Of a stretch of DNA of 64,000 nt, positions 1 through 12,055 are shown one piece after another. Made by a program: the position numbers and the translations under genes. Source of the stretch: Fistulifera solaris (lineage: Eukaryota); the NCBI GenBank assembly GCA_030295235.1, contig AP026132.1:1240001-1304000 (forward strand). The letters run 5' to 3'. Under the pieces are notes generated by a model. It worked only from the letters and a program-made list of their open reading frames with translations, ran no database searches and was not told the DNA's origin. The first letter of the stretch is position 1. Every line of letters begins with the position of its first letter.

Positions 1-294
1 CTTGCACGTGGCGGAAGATGTACGTGATGGCACGCGACCGGAACATGCCAAAATTATTGCCGAGAAAGCAAATCTTTATCAGTGGATAGAACAACGAAGT
101 CAAGTCATGTTGGAACAGCTATAACAAACTGTTTTGTCGCAACTCTTGATCGGTGATGGCATGTTGATCAAAAGTGGGACTAGATGCAAATTAATTACCA
201 TTATTTCGAACCTTTCAGTGTCCTACAGGCCAATATTTTTTTATATGCCCGGCTACCTCAATCAGACCATTTTTCATGGTTCCTCCATGTCCAC

Positions 295-1314
295 CTATAC
301 ACATTCTAAAAATGAAATAAAGCCATCTTCGCCTTCTATCTCGTCTGCTTCCTGTGACGATTCGGTGCGTTTCACCAGTGTCGCTTTAGCGCTTATCATC
401 GCTCGTTTCTTAAGTGCCTTTTTCTCAACATCCGCTTCACCAACGCGGGATGGAACGTCTATTATTTCTATATTAAGAATAGATGTTTTCCCACCCCGAC
501 GTCGCTGTGCATGTCGAATAGCTGCATAAGAAGCTCCTTGAAACCAAGCATCTTTCAACCCTGTCACGGTCGTGATCATGTGGAGGACGTCAGTATACGA
601 ATGCAAGGCCAAGGTTCCGTCAATAGGCTCACTGTCTGCATTCGTAGTACTATTAGTAGTTGGCCCGGAACTAAATAGAAGGTGAGGCCGCGGCGCACCG
701 ATACACGCCAACTCCAATTCGCGACACGCCTGTACAAAATGAGGTCGTAACGATGGCTGTACAATAGCAGCTGCGTAAGGAATTTCCAAGACTCCACCGC
801 GGGCAAACAAGGCACGAACATCGTTGGATGCAATGGAATACGGCAATCCCCCCTCGAACGGATGCATAATCCAGCGTCACAATATCGATATGTGAGGACA
901 AACATGCCTGTCGAAAGGTTGCGGCATTGCGCGGTGCCACAGATACAAGATCATACTCTTGTATCCACGAGGACTGTGATGACGAAGAGGACAAGGCGGC
1001 TACTTCCGAAACACTTTCGACAACAACGTGAAGTCGTCGTTGACATAATATGCGTGAATTGCTGTCATTATTCGGAAACCAGGAATCGGGAATTACCTGA
1101 TTAGCTTCGTGTTTTTGAGGAGCTCCGAATACAGTGTGCGTAAGAGCCATGGAATGATAACCAATGGATTGTAAGCGGTCGGAAATCGAACGAATTTGCA
1201 AGGCAATGGGAGGCTTCAAGGATAATGGAACAAAAGATCATATCTTGTGGAGGACGTAGTAGAGGCAGCAAAATAGCGTTTGCGCTTGCGGTTTGTCCCT
1301 TTCGTTTTGCTCAT
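295..1314 (-). CDS. RPP30: RNase P/MRP subunit p30 (PHP fold), with two apparent 1-nt frameshifts (~1232-1235 and ~848-853)
   Basis: Joining frames gives MSKTK..YDLFVPL..LQSIGYHSMAL..QEYDLVSVAPRNAATFRQAC..HIDIVTLD..LPY..RGGVLEIPYAAAI..LLFSSG, the typical Rpp30 motif order. Both frame breaks sit in homopolymers (A4, C6). Confidence 0.8.
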
Positions 1315-2326
1315 ATGGTTTCCTCTAAGTTGTTGATTAAATATCGATTAATTGTAACTTATGTGTAATAATCATGGCAATCATAATGGCAATCGCAATC
1401 GCAACCAATAAAAAATGTTGAGGGACGATGCTGGCGACGACAGACGACTTCTCTTGGTAACGAGCTCGTGTCTCGCCATTCACTAGTCGTCACTCCCACT
1501 TCAAGTCCATAGGCCGTAGGACATCGATGGTCCTCGGAAAAACTTTGAACACTTTCATACTCTATGACTGCTTGGGCTGACTGGGAAATAGAACCAAATT
1601 TTTTTGACTGTAAAATTTAGAGTTACTGTTACGACCAATTACTGTAGTTATAGTTATAGGGGCCGCGATATACGGAGTAATAAACACGAGCTATGAACAG
1701 ACTATGACATACAGTAAGCGATAAGCGCAATAATAACCAATAACAGCAATAACAGCTTGCGTTACCTCCGTCTTCCGTCGTAGACCCGTAGTACATCACA
1801 AATCACGACCAATGACCAATGCTACATGCTACGAGCTACGATCTACGATTTGCACAGTCATCGTGGACGTTGCACGTATCAGACTACAAACTATCCTATA
1901 GCCATAAAGCGTCTCGCTGTGGGCCTTTTTATCGGTACTGGCCTGGCGTTTGGAATTTGAATGAAAGGCGACAAAGCCATGGCAAAAAGGGAAAGAAGGA
2001 CGAAAGACATAACAGCGAAAAGGGATGCTCGTTTCGTTGTTAAAGATGCTCGGATTCGCATTAGGATGGATTTCATGCACAGCCTTTCGTGTTCCCTACT
2101 CAATCAATAACTTCATTCAGCTAGAGAAGCAGGCGCTTTGATGGACTCAGTGATAAAGAGTCGTTTTCACTTAGTCGTCGTTTTTGGTGTCGGTGGTTGG
2201 TGACTGATGATCAACACATCCGTTTGCTGACATTTCTCGCATTTACTAACGCTTTTTTGATAAGCCCTCACAAAAGATCATCGTTGCAAAACGGAATAAA
2301 AGCGATTACTTTCGACGAAAAGCATC

Positions 2327-2881
2327 ATGATCAAGTTCCACCTCCTTATTAGCTTATTGTTCTCGGCTCCTCTCGTTGTTAATGGAAAGAACTTTTGGAA
2401 GACAAAACAAGAATCATTACCCGCACTTGTGGATGCCCCCGAGATGGTTGTCTATTATCTCAACAAAAAAGCTGTGTCCACAGCTTGTACCGAAACAGAG
2501 CTCTTGCACATTGACAACAAGATGCTTCCCGACATCGACAACTCTCTCACGGCAAATAACTTCGAAGCACCCGATTGGAAGATCGCCACCAACGACGCTC
2601 GACGCATTTTGTCGGCGGATAGAAGTCCCTCGAGTAACCCCAACTGCGACATTTGCAGAACGCGCTTCTCGCGTAGTCTTTGCAGTGTGATGTACAACTG
2701 CAAACTGCGTCGTCAGCTACGGAGCAAGCAAGAGAGAAACCTGCAAAACTTTTCTGGCCTGGCTTCGGACCTTATCAATAAATGCCAGAACAACATTGAC
2801 GAACTTTCGGATAGCGCAGAGCTTAGCGTTTCCTGCCAAAAAGCTATCAAGCATGCCAACTGTTACGTGGAATTCGTGTAA
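2327..2881 (+). CDS. Secreted RRxL/8-Cys precursor family, member 1 (184 aa)
   Basis: Hydrophobic signal peptide, APEMVVYY motif, RRIL, CDICx8Cx5C, RRQL, RNL and terminal CYVEFV. Aligns by eye with four other ORFs in the window. Confidence 0.9.
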   Translation: MIKFHLLISLLFSAPLVVNGKNFWKTKQESLPALVDAPEMVVYYLNKKAVSTACTETELLHIDNKMLPDIDNSLTANNFEAPDWKIATNDARRILSADRSPSSNPNCDICRTRFSRSLCSVMYNCKLRRQLRSKQERNLQNFSGLASDLINKCQNNIDELSDSAELSVSCQKAIKHANCYVEFV

Positions 2882-3450
2882 AAGTGAATGTGAAGGTGAT
2901 AAGAGGGGGTCGAACGCAGAAAGATACTCCGACTAACCAATCGATGGAGCGATAATGCGCACCGTTTATAATTCATTTCTCAGCATGCTTTTAGTTGTGA
3001 ACAACCCCTTTTGAAATCTATTTTGTATAGTTGCTTGACCGTTCTGAATAAGAATTCTGGCCACCGGCATGGTCAATTCATTTAGTGGTACTAATGATTT
3101 TGTAGGCTCACTGGTTGTGGTGGTCCAAGGTGATTCATACAAGCCAAAGTCCGTAAGCTACGTGCCACATCTCCCTCTTCAATCTAGCCGACTTAAGTAA
3201 CTAATGTTTCCGAGATCTACTCACGACTTAGCTCCCACTCACGATCCACGATTTCTCTACGTATGGTGAGGAGCCAAAAGCAAGGTGATAGATAAATCAT
3301 TATCGACGAAGGTTCAAGGTTCAACTTCATTGCTCAGTCGCTCAGGGAGACACGGGAACGCACCTCTGCTTGGTACATTTTTCTACGGGGGCCTACGTGA
3401 GTGTACACTTTTTCCCGAACCTTCCAGGGAGACGTGACCAATGCATGCGC

Positions 3451-3859
3451 CAAGAGGAAATTAATGGGGACCGCGCTTTGTCAGTCACGAGGACGGGCTA
3501 CTGTCCCCGCTCGTTGATGCCATCCGTTGCTTTTCACGCACAAACAAATATTCCGAAAGTAAGACACTTAAACACGTAACTTTTTTATTTATATTAATAG
3601 GAAGGGAATTATTTTTTCAAGTAGCTTACTTTCGATTTGCAATGTTCTTTTATTCAATGACAAAGATCGATCGATGCTCCGCGATGAAACGCACTGAAAA
3701 TAAGAGCGGACCTCGTGGTCGGAGGCTGGCTTACACAAAAGGTGAGAGTGGCCTCCCGAGCGGCACTCATGATAGCGGGGACACTAAGCCGTCACGAGGA
3801 AAAAGCACGGGCGCATCGCGTGATAATGAAGTAGCGCGGTCCCCATTAATTTCCTCTTG
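3451..3859. mobile_element. Non-autonomous DNA transposon (MITE, 409 bp) with 27-bp TIR and 7-bp TSD
   Basis: CAAGAGGAAATTAATGGGGACCGCGCT at 3451-3477 with its perfect reverse complement at 3833-3859. CATGCGC lies directly on both flanks (3444-3450, 3860-3866). Confidence 0.9.
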
Positions 3860-4612
3860 CATGCGCAATCCCGTTTTTAGGCCTAGAGTACGACCTTAGA
3901 CTCTGGAGTAGACCCAAGTCTCTGCTTCGTCTCCCATATTCGAGCTTTTAACTGCAATAAGAGTAATCTTAAAATCTTTCCACTTTTTCTCGTGCTGCGG
4001 TTTGTTTGCCTTTCATTTTTTCATAACTTTCTTTTGCATGTTCCATCGATCCCATAGTTCGATGAGCAGGAAGCAGTAAGGCTTTGATCTTTTATTATCT
4101 TTCATCTTGTCGATGGTTGTTGAATGATGCTTGAATGATGATTGACGATTGACGACTTCTTGACTTTTACTTCTTACTACGTACTTGCTGCTTGCTGACT
4201 GCTGACTCTAGGACCAAGATGCCCAAGAACAAAGATCACGCCAGACTTAGTGCATTATCATTATTCCTGAGTGACTTCAATTTTGGTTCTCATTTCTCCA
4301 CTTAACTGTAGTGTCAATTGTAGTAACTGAATAGGAAAATGTCTTTTCCGAAAGTTTTCTATAGCCCTTGCAAGTAGAGATGAAGTCATAGCTTACAGCA
4401 ATAATTAAAACGTTCGAGTTCCCTACTCTTCCTTAAGTTCATCAATCTTGCATCTCGCATTCGTGATCATGACCATTCTAATTTTTGTTGGTTGAAAAGC
4501 GAAAGCTGCTTTTCTGTGCTTGATGTAATTAACCAGTGTCAGAAATGCTAAGATTTCGTTTGCACAAATAATCGCTTGCTGCGCCAAGTTGAATAGAATA
4601 TCAAACGCCAAC

Positions 4613-5164
4613 ATGAAGCTCTTGATAATCAGTCTGCTATCAGCTCTCTCTTTCGTCCTCGGCCAGTTGGATGGAGAATTGTTCGCACCGGCGGAGCCGC
4701 CCGAGATGGTCGTCTACTATGTGAACTGGCAAGCCCCATCCACTGTCTGCAATCAAACCGAACAAGCGTACATTGACAAGAAGATGCTACCCGACTTGGA
4801 CATGACTCTGGTGCAAAACAACTTTGAGACGCCCGCTTGGGAAGTGCCCTCCGCCGCCACACGACGTGAACTTCAAAATGGCAACGCCAATCCAAACAGT
4901 AACGGCAAAGCCAACAAATGCGACATCTGTCGAGAGCAATACTCTCGCAGTCTTTGCAACGTAATGTACAACTGCAAAAACCGTCGTGAGCTACATGGGG
5001 CTGAAAAAGAGAAGCGTGAGCTGCAAACTCTCGAAGAACTTCAAGCAGAACTTCTTAGTGCTTGCCGGGGCACTATCATGGATCTTTTGTACAGCCGACA
5101 AATCGGTCGCAACTGCAAGAGAGCACTTCGATGGGCCCGATGCTACGTCCAGGTTATGGAGTAA
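4613..5164 (+). CDS. Secreted RRxL/8-Cys precursor family, member 2
   Basis: ATG at 4613 (MKLLIISLL...), PPEMVVYY, RREL, CDICx8Cx5C, RREL, REL and terminal CYVQVME. Confidence 0.9.
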   Translation: MKLLIISLLSALSFVLGQLDGELFAPAEPPEMVVYYVNWQAPSTVCNQTEQAYIDKKMLPDLDMTLVQNNFETPAWEVPSAATRRELQNGNANPNSNGKANKCDICREQYSRSLCNVMYNCKNRRELHGAEKEKRELQTLEELQAELLSACRGTIMDLLYSRQIGRNCKRALRWARCYVQVME

Positions 5165-5971
5165 TGGAGTCCAATAAATTGAAATGGACTCAAGGCTTAT
5201 CTAATTTCTCGCGATCGCCTTCATCTTCGGTGAGAGGCCCCGTTAATAATTATGTATATGAATGAGTTAGATCTCCATATTGATCATTGATGTGACCTGT
5301 TGGCTTCTTGGCCGGTTTGTGATTTTTAAGTAGTTATGAATCCTTCTTCAAATTCGTAGAGGTCCGAGATGTAGCTTCTCTAAGGTCTTATGCTGTTATT
5401 TCCTCCGTGCTCTCTCCTCCTCGCATTTGCTGCCCTTTCAACTTTCAATCTCCTCCAAAAACACAATTAATGCTGCGCAATACGATGGTGTTGATTGTTC
5501 CTATGATTAGGGGTACCAATACCGCTTTTAGTCACGAGAAGAAATTTCGCTACTGTAGTGCAAGAAGTACCTTCGAAAACTCCCTCCAACCGCACGCAAG
5601 AACCGCTTCTTTATTATTGAGAAGCATACCAGTAAACGATGGCCAATCACTTAACAACCTAAAACGACAAGAAGATGCTTATCACTGGTATTCATAAGAA
5701 ATAGATTAGAGGTCGAATGTTGAAACGATTGGCTCGAAGACGCAACAGCGACAATTTACAAGCGACAGGCTCTCGTCTTCAAGGAGCCTGTCAGACATGT
5801 TCTGGATGCCGACGACCGCTTTGCAATTTGTGTGTTTATTGTCGCGGCTTAGTTCTAACAACAAGCCATCAACGAAAATGCCTCTTTCGACTGTGTCTCC
5901 ATTTTTCATATACCGAAAAGACGAAACGGAGACTTGCATTTGCCGCGCAACGATCATTTCAATCTTTATCA

Positions 5972-7883
5972 ATGGGCGAACGTGCTTCGGATGATACAAG
6001 TACCAGTAATCATCATTACAATTCGCCGCAAGCAAAACATTTTTGCGACAATGTCAAAATATTTTACTCAGAACACACAAAATCCCCGTGGAGTGCAGGA
6101 AATGGCAGTTTGATTCATCCTGGCGTGTTTGGGTTCACAAGAGACAACAATGGGGGATCGCCCTTCGTGTCTCATCGGATCCGCCGCGCTACGATATTCG
6201 ATTGCTGGATCCGTCGCCAAGACCTTCCAACTGCAGCATCAGCATTAACAGCAACTATTCAATCCCCCATCCTCCACAAAGGGCGAATGCTACTTCGAGT
6301 AGTACGAAGAACGCCTCAATGCTCACGAATGTGCCTGCCTATGTGAGTAACTCTTTTTTGCAATAAGAGAAGTTCACTCAAGAACCTTCGCTTCTAACAA
6401 TTATTGCGTTTCATGGTTCTTCCTTTGATAGATGTTCGAACTCGATTGTCATATCCGCTACCTCGAACGAAAGAAAAATCGATCGTCCGCTGTAAGAATC
6501 TCTCCCCAAATCAGTCAACCCTTTCTTCACGCTTGGCGAAGGTCTTCGGGAGATATTATTCAAATCAAAGGTACATGGATGGGTGATCATCGCGAGGAAA
6601 CGCAACAATATAAGGTCAAAGTAGACCAAGCGATGATTCAACCGATTGGATTGAATAACGACAAACTAGAAGAAAGACAAGAGACGATAGAATCGTTTCC
6701 ACTAAATTCGTTTTGGGTGACGTTCGATGATTTACAAGCGGGGTACTATTGTGCAAAGTCATCAGAGTCGTCGGTGCCCATTACTGATACTAACGACAAC
6801 CCACCGTTCTTCATTCAATACAAAGTTCCCCACATGCAGTTCACCATGCAACAGGAACCGCTCTTACCGCGAGTGTCGTTTGTTTACAATGATCGATTCC
6901 ACATCCAACTGCAAGTACTTCCTTCGAGACAAGCACCTCATGCGGGGTATGGATTGTTCGCTTGCGTGAATGCAGTTGACGACAACGATGACAGCAACGC
7001 ACCAAAAGCGTCGACTGTGGAAATACCAACGGGAGTATTGATTGATTTGGGTGTTTATGGTCCTCTGCGCCCCGAAGATCGAAAACCGTGGTCGGCAAGG
7101 CTACTCAAAAGTTACATTTATAGCTATCACTGTGGCTCATGGTTCTTTGAGACTTCCAAGGAGGATGATGCTGTTTTCGATATGACGGATGACGGTACCG
7201 GACAATTGCACGAGTTAGCCCGACGAAATGTTCTGATGTACGCCAACGAAACGTCGGGAGCCGAGCAAGATATTCAGTCGTTGTGGCCGATTTATGACCC
7301 TGAAGGTGCCGTGCACTTCTATTTGGGCCACCCGGATCCAGCCCAAGGACCGTTGCTATTACCCATCGGATGTCCTGTGGAGCTGCTGGTGGATTATGGA
7401 CCGCAATATGAACAAGAACGCGTGCGTAAAAATTACCCCCGTGTGACGGGAAACCACCTTCAGCACATTCAAGAATGCTTGGCGGAAGAAGATCAAGCCA
7501 TTCTACAGGATTTACAAGAATTGTCCTCGGAGGAAATGGAAGCTGACGCTATCCCCTTTTTAAAAAATCTCGTTCAAGAGTGGGAAGTTATCGCTAGCGT
7601 CAGCGGACAAGCTTGCAAGTCGCAGCTACTGGAACGAGCACTGATCGTGACCATGATTCTTATAGATAATCATCGCGGGAAAAACGTTTCGTCGGAAAGC
7701 AATCTTAATACCTTACGTACAATCCTGTCGAATCTATGTTCATGGTTTACTTCTGATCAGCAAATGAAAAGTCACATGACATCGAATGTTGCGTATCATG
7801 AATTGCTTCGACGTATTTTGGGCGATTACGATTGGAATAGCGTTCCGGCACTCTTGTTTCGACGGGCCGTTGTGGCGCTGTAA
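5972..7883 (+). CDS. Hypothetical protein with a divergent SET-domain-like region; probable intron 6343-6431 and probable frameshift at G5 (~6152-6156)
   Basis: 483-aa ORF 6432-7883 contains AGYGLFA, DLGVYGP, YANE and ELLVDYGPQY, resembling the SET motifs GxGLFA, NH and ELxxDYG. A GTGAGT donor at 6343 joins TAG/ATG at 6432 in phase 0. The 5' exon structure is tentative. Confidence 0.55.
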
Positions 7884-7916
7884 ATCGACAAGTTGATAAC
7901 AACAACTTCACTTTAG

Positions 7917-9566
7917 TTACAACGTTTTTTCCTTGATTATGTTTGAACTACTGCTGTAGCGTTCAGACGGAAGCATCGATACTAATCGAAACACCGTCCA
8001 AAGATAGGCAACTCCTATCAAGGCACAACCAATCACACTCCACAAGACGGGAAACAAATCCGGCCAGTGGCCTGGTGGCACAACCCAACATTCCATTACG
8101 TGCAATAATAACATCAGCATATACGCCATTCGGCAAAACCAAACTGCCATTTGCGATGCTTTTCTTGTCGAACTTGGATCGAACTCAACCCAGAGTTGCA
8201 AAACGCTTACAAAGATGATGCCACTAGCTACGTAGGCCGTTTGCAACCGATCTATTACGAGCAACGGCCACAAAGTCCACATGGAAACAAACGAAAAGTA
8301 TTCTGCCAATACCGGCGCTTCACTCCACAAGAGTGAAACGGGTGCGGTGGCTAATAGCAGGCTCTTTTCGTGAACCTGAAAACTGGCCAGAAAGAATGCT
8401 AAGGCGCACGCACTAGTGGCCCACAACAAGACGCGCTCTTGCTCTTGCTGCGACTGAGTCGACGATGCAATGGTCCTCCCAATTGGATATCGTTGTCCGA
8501 GACGAAAACCTTGTATGCAGGCGGGTGACATCAGTAATGCAGTGAGCCCCAGAGAAGCACGGAATTGATTTGCCGCCGATAACCGTTGCCGTATGCGAAA
8601 AGGTTGAATCGACAAAGCACACCATACATTGGCAACTTTGCCTTCAAACAATCCCCGTTGCACCGGAAATATCCGAATCAGTATTTGTTTCAGCTCTTTC
8701 CACGGCTCAGATGGGTTGTTTGAAAACACAATCGGTCCCCAGAGTAGCGCGAACGTCAAGAGCACTGTTACTCCGAGTAGCAGAAAAGATCGAAGGATGG
8801 TCCTACGATGAGCGTAACACCGCCCCAACAAATAACAACCCACGACCGGTGCATAATACAATGTCATTTGTTTAAAGGAGAGTGCCATGCAGAAAGCAAT
8901 AGCACCCAGTAGAACTTCTTGTGTTGGCGGTTGTGTGATCCAGTAAAAAGACCATAACGACAACCCAATGGCAGTTGTATTGTATTGAAAGTGCCCATGA
9001 TCGATCAACACCAATGCCGGTTGCAGGAGAGCAAAGACGTACGAAAAAAGGTTGATCTCTTGTGATTGTTGTTGATATCGTCGTCGACGACACCAAGCAT
9101 AGATAGCTGTAAAGTAAAGCAACACATCCAAGGCTAGGACGGTCGCTCTCATAAACGGCTTGTGTCGAATCTCCTCTTCATATCCCCGTGACGTAAACAA
9201 AGCCACCGTTTCCGGTCCTACGAGAATATGAGAAAGATACCCGCATACATACGACACATACGCCGTCAAAGGCGGATAATCCAGTCCCCAATACTCCAAA
9301 TCGTAGTGATACCATTTTTGCAACGGCAAATGATACGTCAACTCCATCCAATGTCGTTGCGCTTCATAGTCTCCTCCGTACGCTTGTCTCGCACCGTGAT
9401 GATTGTTTTGTCCGGAATGCGGTTGAAATCCGATCAGGACGCGATAGAATATAAGAAGTAAAGTCAGAGTGATTGTTGTGAGGCTGATTGACGAGAACGC
9501 ATTGCTATTTTGTTGTTGCTGCGACGCAAAAGAGTTCTTCGGTTCTGCTACACGATTTCTCTCCAT
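7917..9566 (-). CDS. ALG6: Dolichyl-P-Glc:Man9GlcNAc2-PP-Dol alpha-1,3-glucosyltransferase
   Basis: GDYEAQRHWMELT, YWGLDYPPLTAY, IDHGHFQYN, FKQMTLYY, FPVQRGLFEGKVAN and FQVHEKS motifs; many TM segments. Confidence 0.95.
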   Translation of the reverse strand: MERNRVAEPKNSFASQQQQNSNAFSSISLTTITLTLLLIFYRVLIGFQPHSGQNNHHGARQAYGGDYEAQRHWMELTYHLPLQKWYHYDLEYWGLDYPPLTAYVSYVCGYLSHILVGPETVALFTSRGYEEEIRHKPFMRATVLALDVLLYFTAIYAWCRRRRYQQQSQEINLFSYVFALLQPALVLIDHGHFQYNTTAIGLSLWSFYWITQPPTQEVLLGAIAFCMALSFKQMTLYYAPVVGCYLLGRCYAHRRTILRSFLLLGVTVLLTFALLWGPIVFSNNPSEPWKELKQILIRIFPVQRGLFEGKVANVWCALSIQPFRIRQRLSAANQFRASLGLTALLMSPACIQGFRLGQRYPIGRTIASSTQSQQEQERVLLWATSACALAFFLASFQVHEKSLLLATAPVSLLWSEAPVLAEYFSFVSMWTLWPLLVIDRLQTAYVASGIIFVSVLQLWVEFDPSSTRKASQMAVWFCRMAYMLMLLLHVMECWVVPPGHWPDLFPVLWSVIGCALIGVAYLWTVFRLVSMLPSERYSSSSNIIKEKTL

Positions 9567-10254
9567 TCTAAGTCAAAGCTGCATTGAAAGTGCTAACACA
9601 GAAACTTCAAAACAAAATTGTATGATCAATTCGATTACAAATGGGTTGCCACGGTAATAGTATTATGTAATGCAATAAAAGGAAGCCGATCAAAGTGCGC
9701 GCACTCTATAATTGTTCAAATGGCAGGCGCATTCACGTACCCAGCAAATCAGGCTACGTATTTTCGCGTAACTCTCGTAAGGAATTTATTCATCGACAGA
9801 GGGAAACCCGGATATTGCGCAATTTCGATCACACCAAGTTTTCGCATCTTTTCGACGCCAATGTCAACTATACGTTGCCCCACATCGCCAATGCATTGCC
9901 GAAAAACATACGAATGCTATTTGAAGCAAGAGTTAACTGTTTTCTTTTAATCAAAATTGGAAAGTTAACAGGGGTTGGGCAGCAATTCGGTGCGATCAAC
10001 GAAACAAGTCATGACTGAAATCCAGTCCTGGCGAAATACGGAACACACTTTGTGCCATAGTCTAGTAGAGGTCGATGGCGCACGTTGAAGTTGTGAAGAG
10101 AGCAAAAACGTCACGGAGATTTTCCCCTGCACCTTTTCTCTTGCAGCCGACGATGGCCGACGATAATGAAGGTAAAGTTTGCAAGGAAAGGAAAAGGTAT
10201 AATAAGCACAAAAGACCCAAATTCAAGCGCTATACTTCTACACCTTCGTGAAGG

Positions 10255-11955
10255 ATGCACTGCTCTACTGCTATACGTATATTCGCAACAATCGTTCTTC
10301 TTCCGAGAGCAACTTTATCGTTTGCACCTCAAACAATCGGTCGTTTGACACCGACGACGCTTTCTCCATCCTTTATTTCGATTACACAAACAACGACGCG
10401 TCTCCGAGATGCTAGTAGCAATACAGTGGAGATTCCTACCGAATGGCAAGGCGTCGTTTTATCGAAATTAAAACAAATTCAAGATCCAGATTTGAATGTC
10501 GATATTGTGACGGCTGGATTTTGTCAAAATTTGCAATATGATCCTGCAAATGCCAAATTATCCATGGATCTAGAATTAACGACACCGGCGTGTCCTGTCA
10601 AAGATCAATTTCAAAGAGATTGTGAGCAGTTGTTACTCGAATTACCGTGGATTCAACAAGTCGAAGTGACTCTGACAGCACAAGCACAAGGTACTTCCTC
10701 GACGTCCTTGGCTGGTTTAGCGCAAGTCGGTGCCATTGTAGCCGTTTCTTCGTGCAAAGGAGGTGTCGGAAAATCAACAACAGCCGTCAATTTGGCCTTT
10801 TCTTTGCAACAACTGGGAGCGACAGTAGGAATATTGGATACCGACTTGTACGGACCCAGTTTACCCACCATGGTGACGCCCGATGATGATATTGTGCGAT
10901 TCGTGGGTCGCCAAATTGCACCATTACAACGCAATGGCGTACGATTGTTGAGTTTTGGACATATTCATGATCAAGCGGCCGTCATGCGAGGTGCCATGGT
11001 CACGCAACTGCTCGAACAGTTCCTCGATGTGTGTCAGTGGGGCAAGCTCGATTATCTCATTTTGGACATGCCTCCGGGAACGGGAGATATTCCCTTAACG
11101 CTAACACAGAAACTCAATTTGACAGCAGCTGTTATTGTCACCACACCGACGGAACTCAGCTTTCAAGATGTCAAGAAAGGAATTGAAATGTTCGATACCG
11201 TCCAAGTACCGTGCATTGCCGTCGTGGAAAATATGGCGCATTACGAACTACCGGAATCGATGAAAGAAACCGTCGCAAAAGCGGTAAAACAATCGTCTCA
11301 TGTAACAAACGCGGAACAAGTCACACAAGAAGTATGGAAGGCATTGCAAAATACACCATTGCCTATCTTTGGAGCCGGACACCGATCGACGTTGCAACAA
11401 ATGTACGGTATTGAACAACATTTCAAAGTACCGCTCATGGATCAAGTGGCGTATGAAGGAGATCACGGGACACCATTTGTGTTGCAACAACCCGATTCCT
11501 CCGCCGCGCGCGTGTATCGATCATTGGCACAAGCGGTGGTCCAAGAAGTCGCCAAGGTCAAATACACACACCCGAATCAGCGTTTGTTTCTAGAATACAA
11601 TCGAGACGAGCATGTTGTGGCATTGAAACAAGGGACCAGCCCACAAGATGAAGAGATCAGTACATTGTCTCCAGCGACCATTCGTCGTGCCTGCCGTTGT
11701 GCGGCATGTGTCGAAGAATTGACGGGCCGACAAATTTTGTTGCCGAGCATGGTGTCGGAGAATATTGCACCGCTTCGTATGCAATCGGTAGGAAACTATG
11801 CTTGGAGTATCGATTGGAGTGATGGACATCGCTCTTTATATCCTGAAAAGAGTCTAAGGGCTTTGGCATCGCAAAAGCCAAAATCTACCACAAAAGACTC
11901 GTCGTCGACGACACTGGCATCGGTGGTTCGAGAACGCGTCCAAGAACCTGTTTAG
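10255..11955 (+). CDS. HCF101: Plastid Fe-S scaffold HCF101 (DUF59 + Mrp/NBP35 P-loop NTPase + C-terminal DUF971-like domain)
   Basis: Signal peptide ending TLS-FAP (ASAFAP-like), DPDL..ELTTPACP, SSCKGGVGKSTTAVNLA, DMPPGTGD, and a C-terminal CRCAAC..VGNYA..IDWSDGH domain. Confidence 0.92.
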   Translation: MHCSTAIRIFATIVLLPRATLSFAPQTIGRLTPTTLSPSFISITQTTTRLRDASSNTVEIPTEWQGVVLSKLKQIQDPDLNVDIVTAGFCQNLQYDPANAKLSMDLELTTPACPVKDQFQRDCEQLLLELPWIQQVEVTLTAQAQGTSSTSLAGLAQVGAIVAVSSCKGGVGKSTTAVNLAFSLQQLGATVGILDTDLYGPSLPTMVTPDDDIVRFVGRQIAPLQRNGVRLLSFGHIHDQAAVMRGAMVTQLLEQFLDVCQWGKLDYLILDMPPGTGDIPLTLTQKLNLTAAVIVTTPTELSFQDVKKGIEMFDTVQVPCIAVVENMAHYELPESMKETVAKAVKQSSHVTNAEQVTQEVWKALQNTPLPIFGAGHRSTLQQMYGIEQHFKVPLMDQVAYEGDHGTPFVLQQPDSSAARVYRSLAQAVVQEVAKVKYTHPNQRLFLEYNRDEHVVALKQGTSPQDEEISTLSPATIRRACRCAACVEELTGRQILLPSMVSENIAPLRMQSVGNYAWSIDWSDGHRSLYPEKSLRALASQKPKSTTKDSSSTTLASVVRERVQEPV

Positions 11956-12055
11956 AACGATAAAACACATCATCTTATCAAATAAATCATGCAATCTGCA
12001 CCTTTCTAAAGTTTATGGTATTCTTCTCTATTGAAATGTAAAATTGAGAGCCTGG

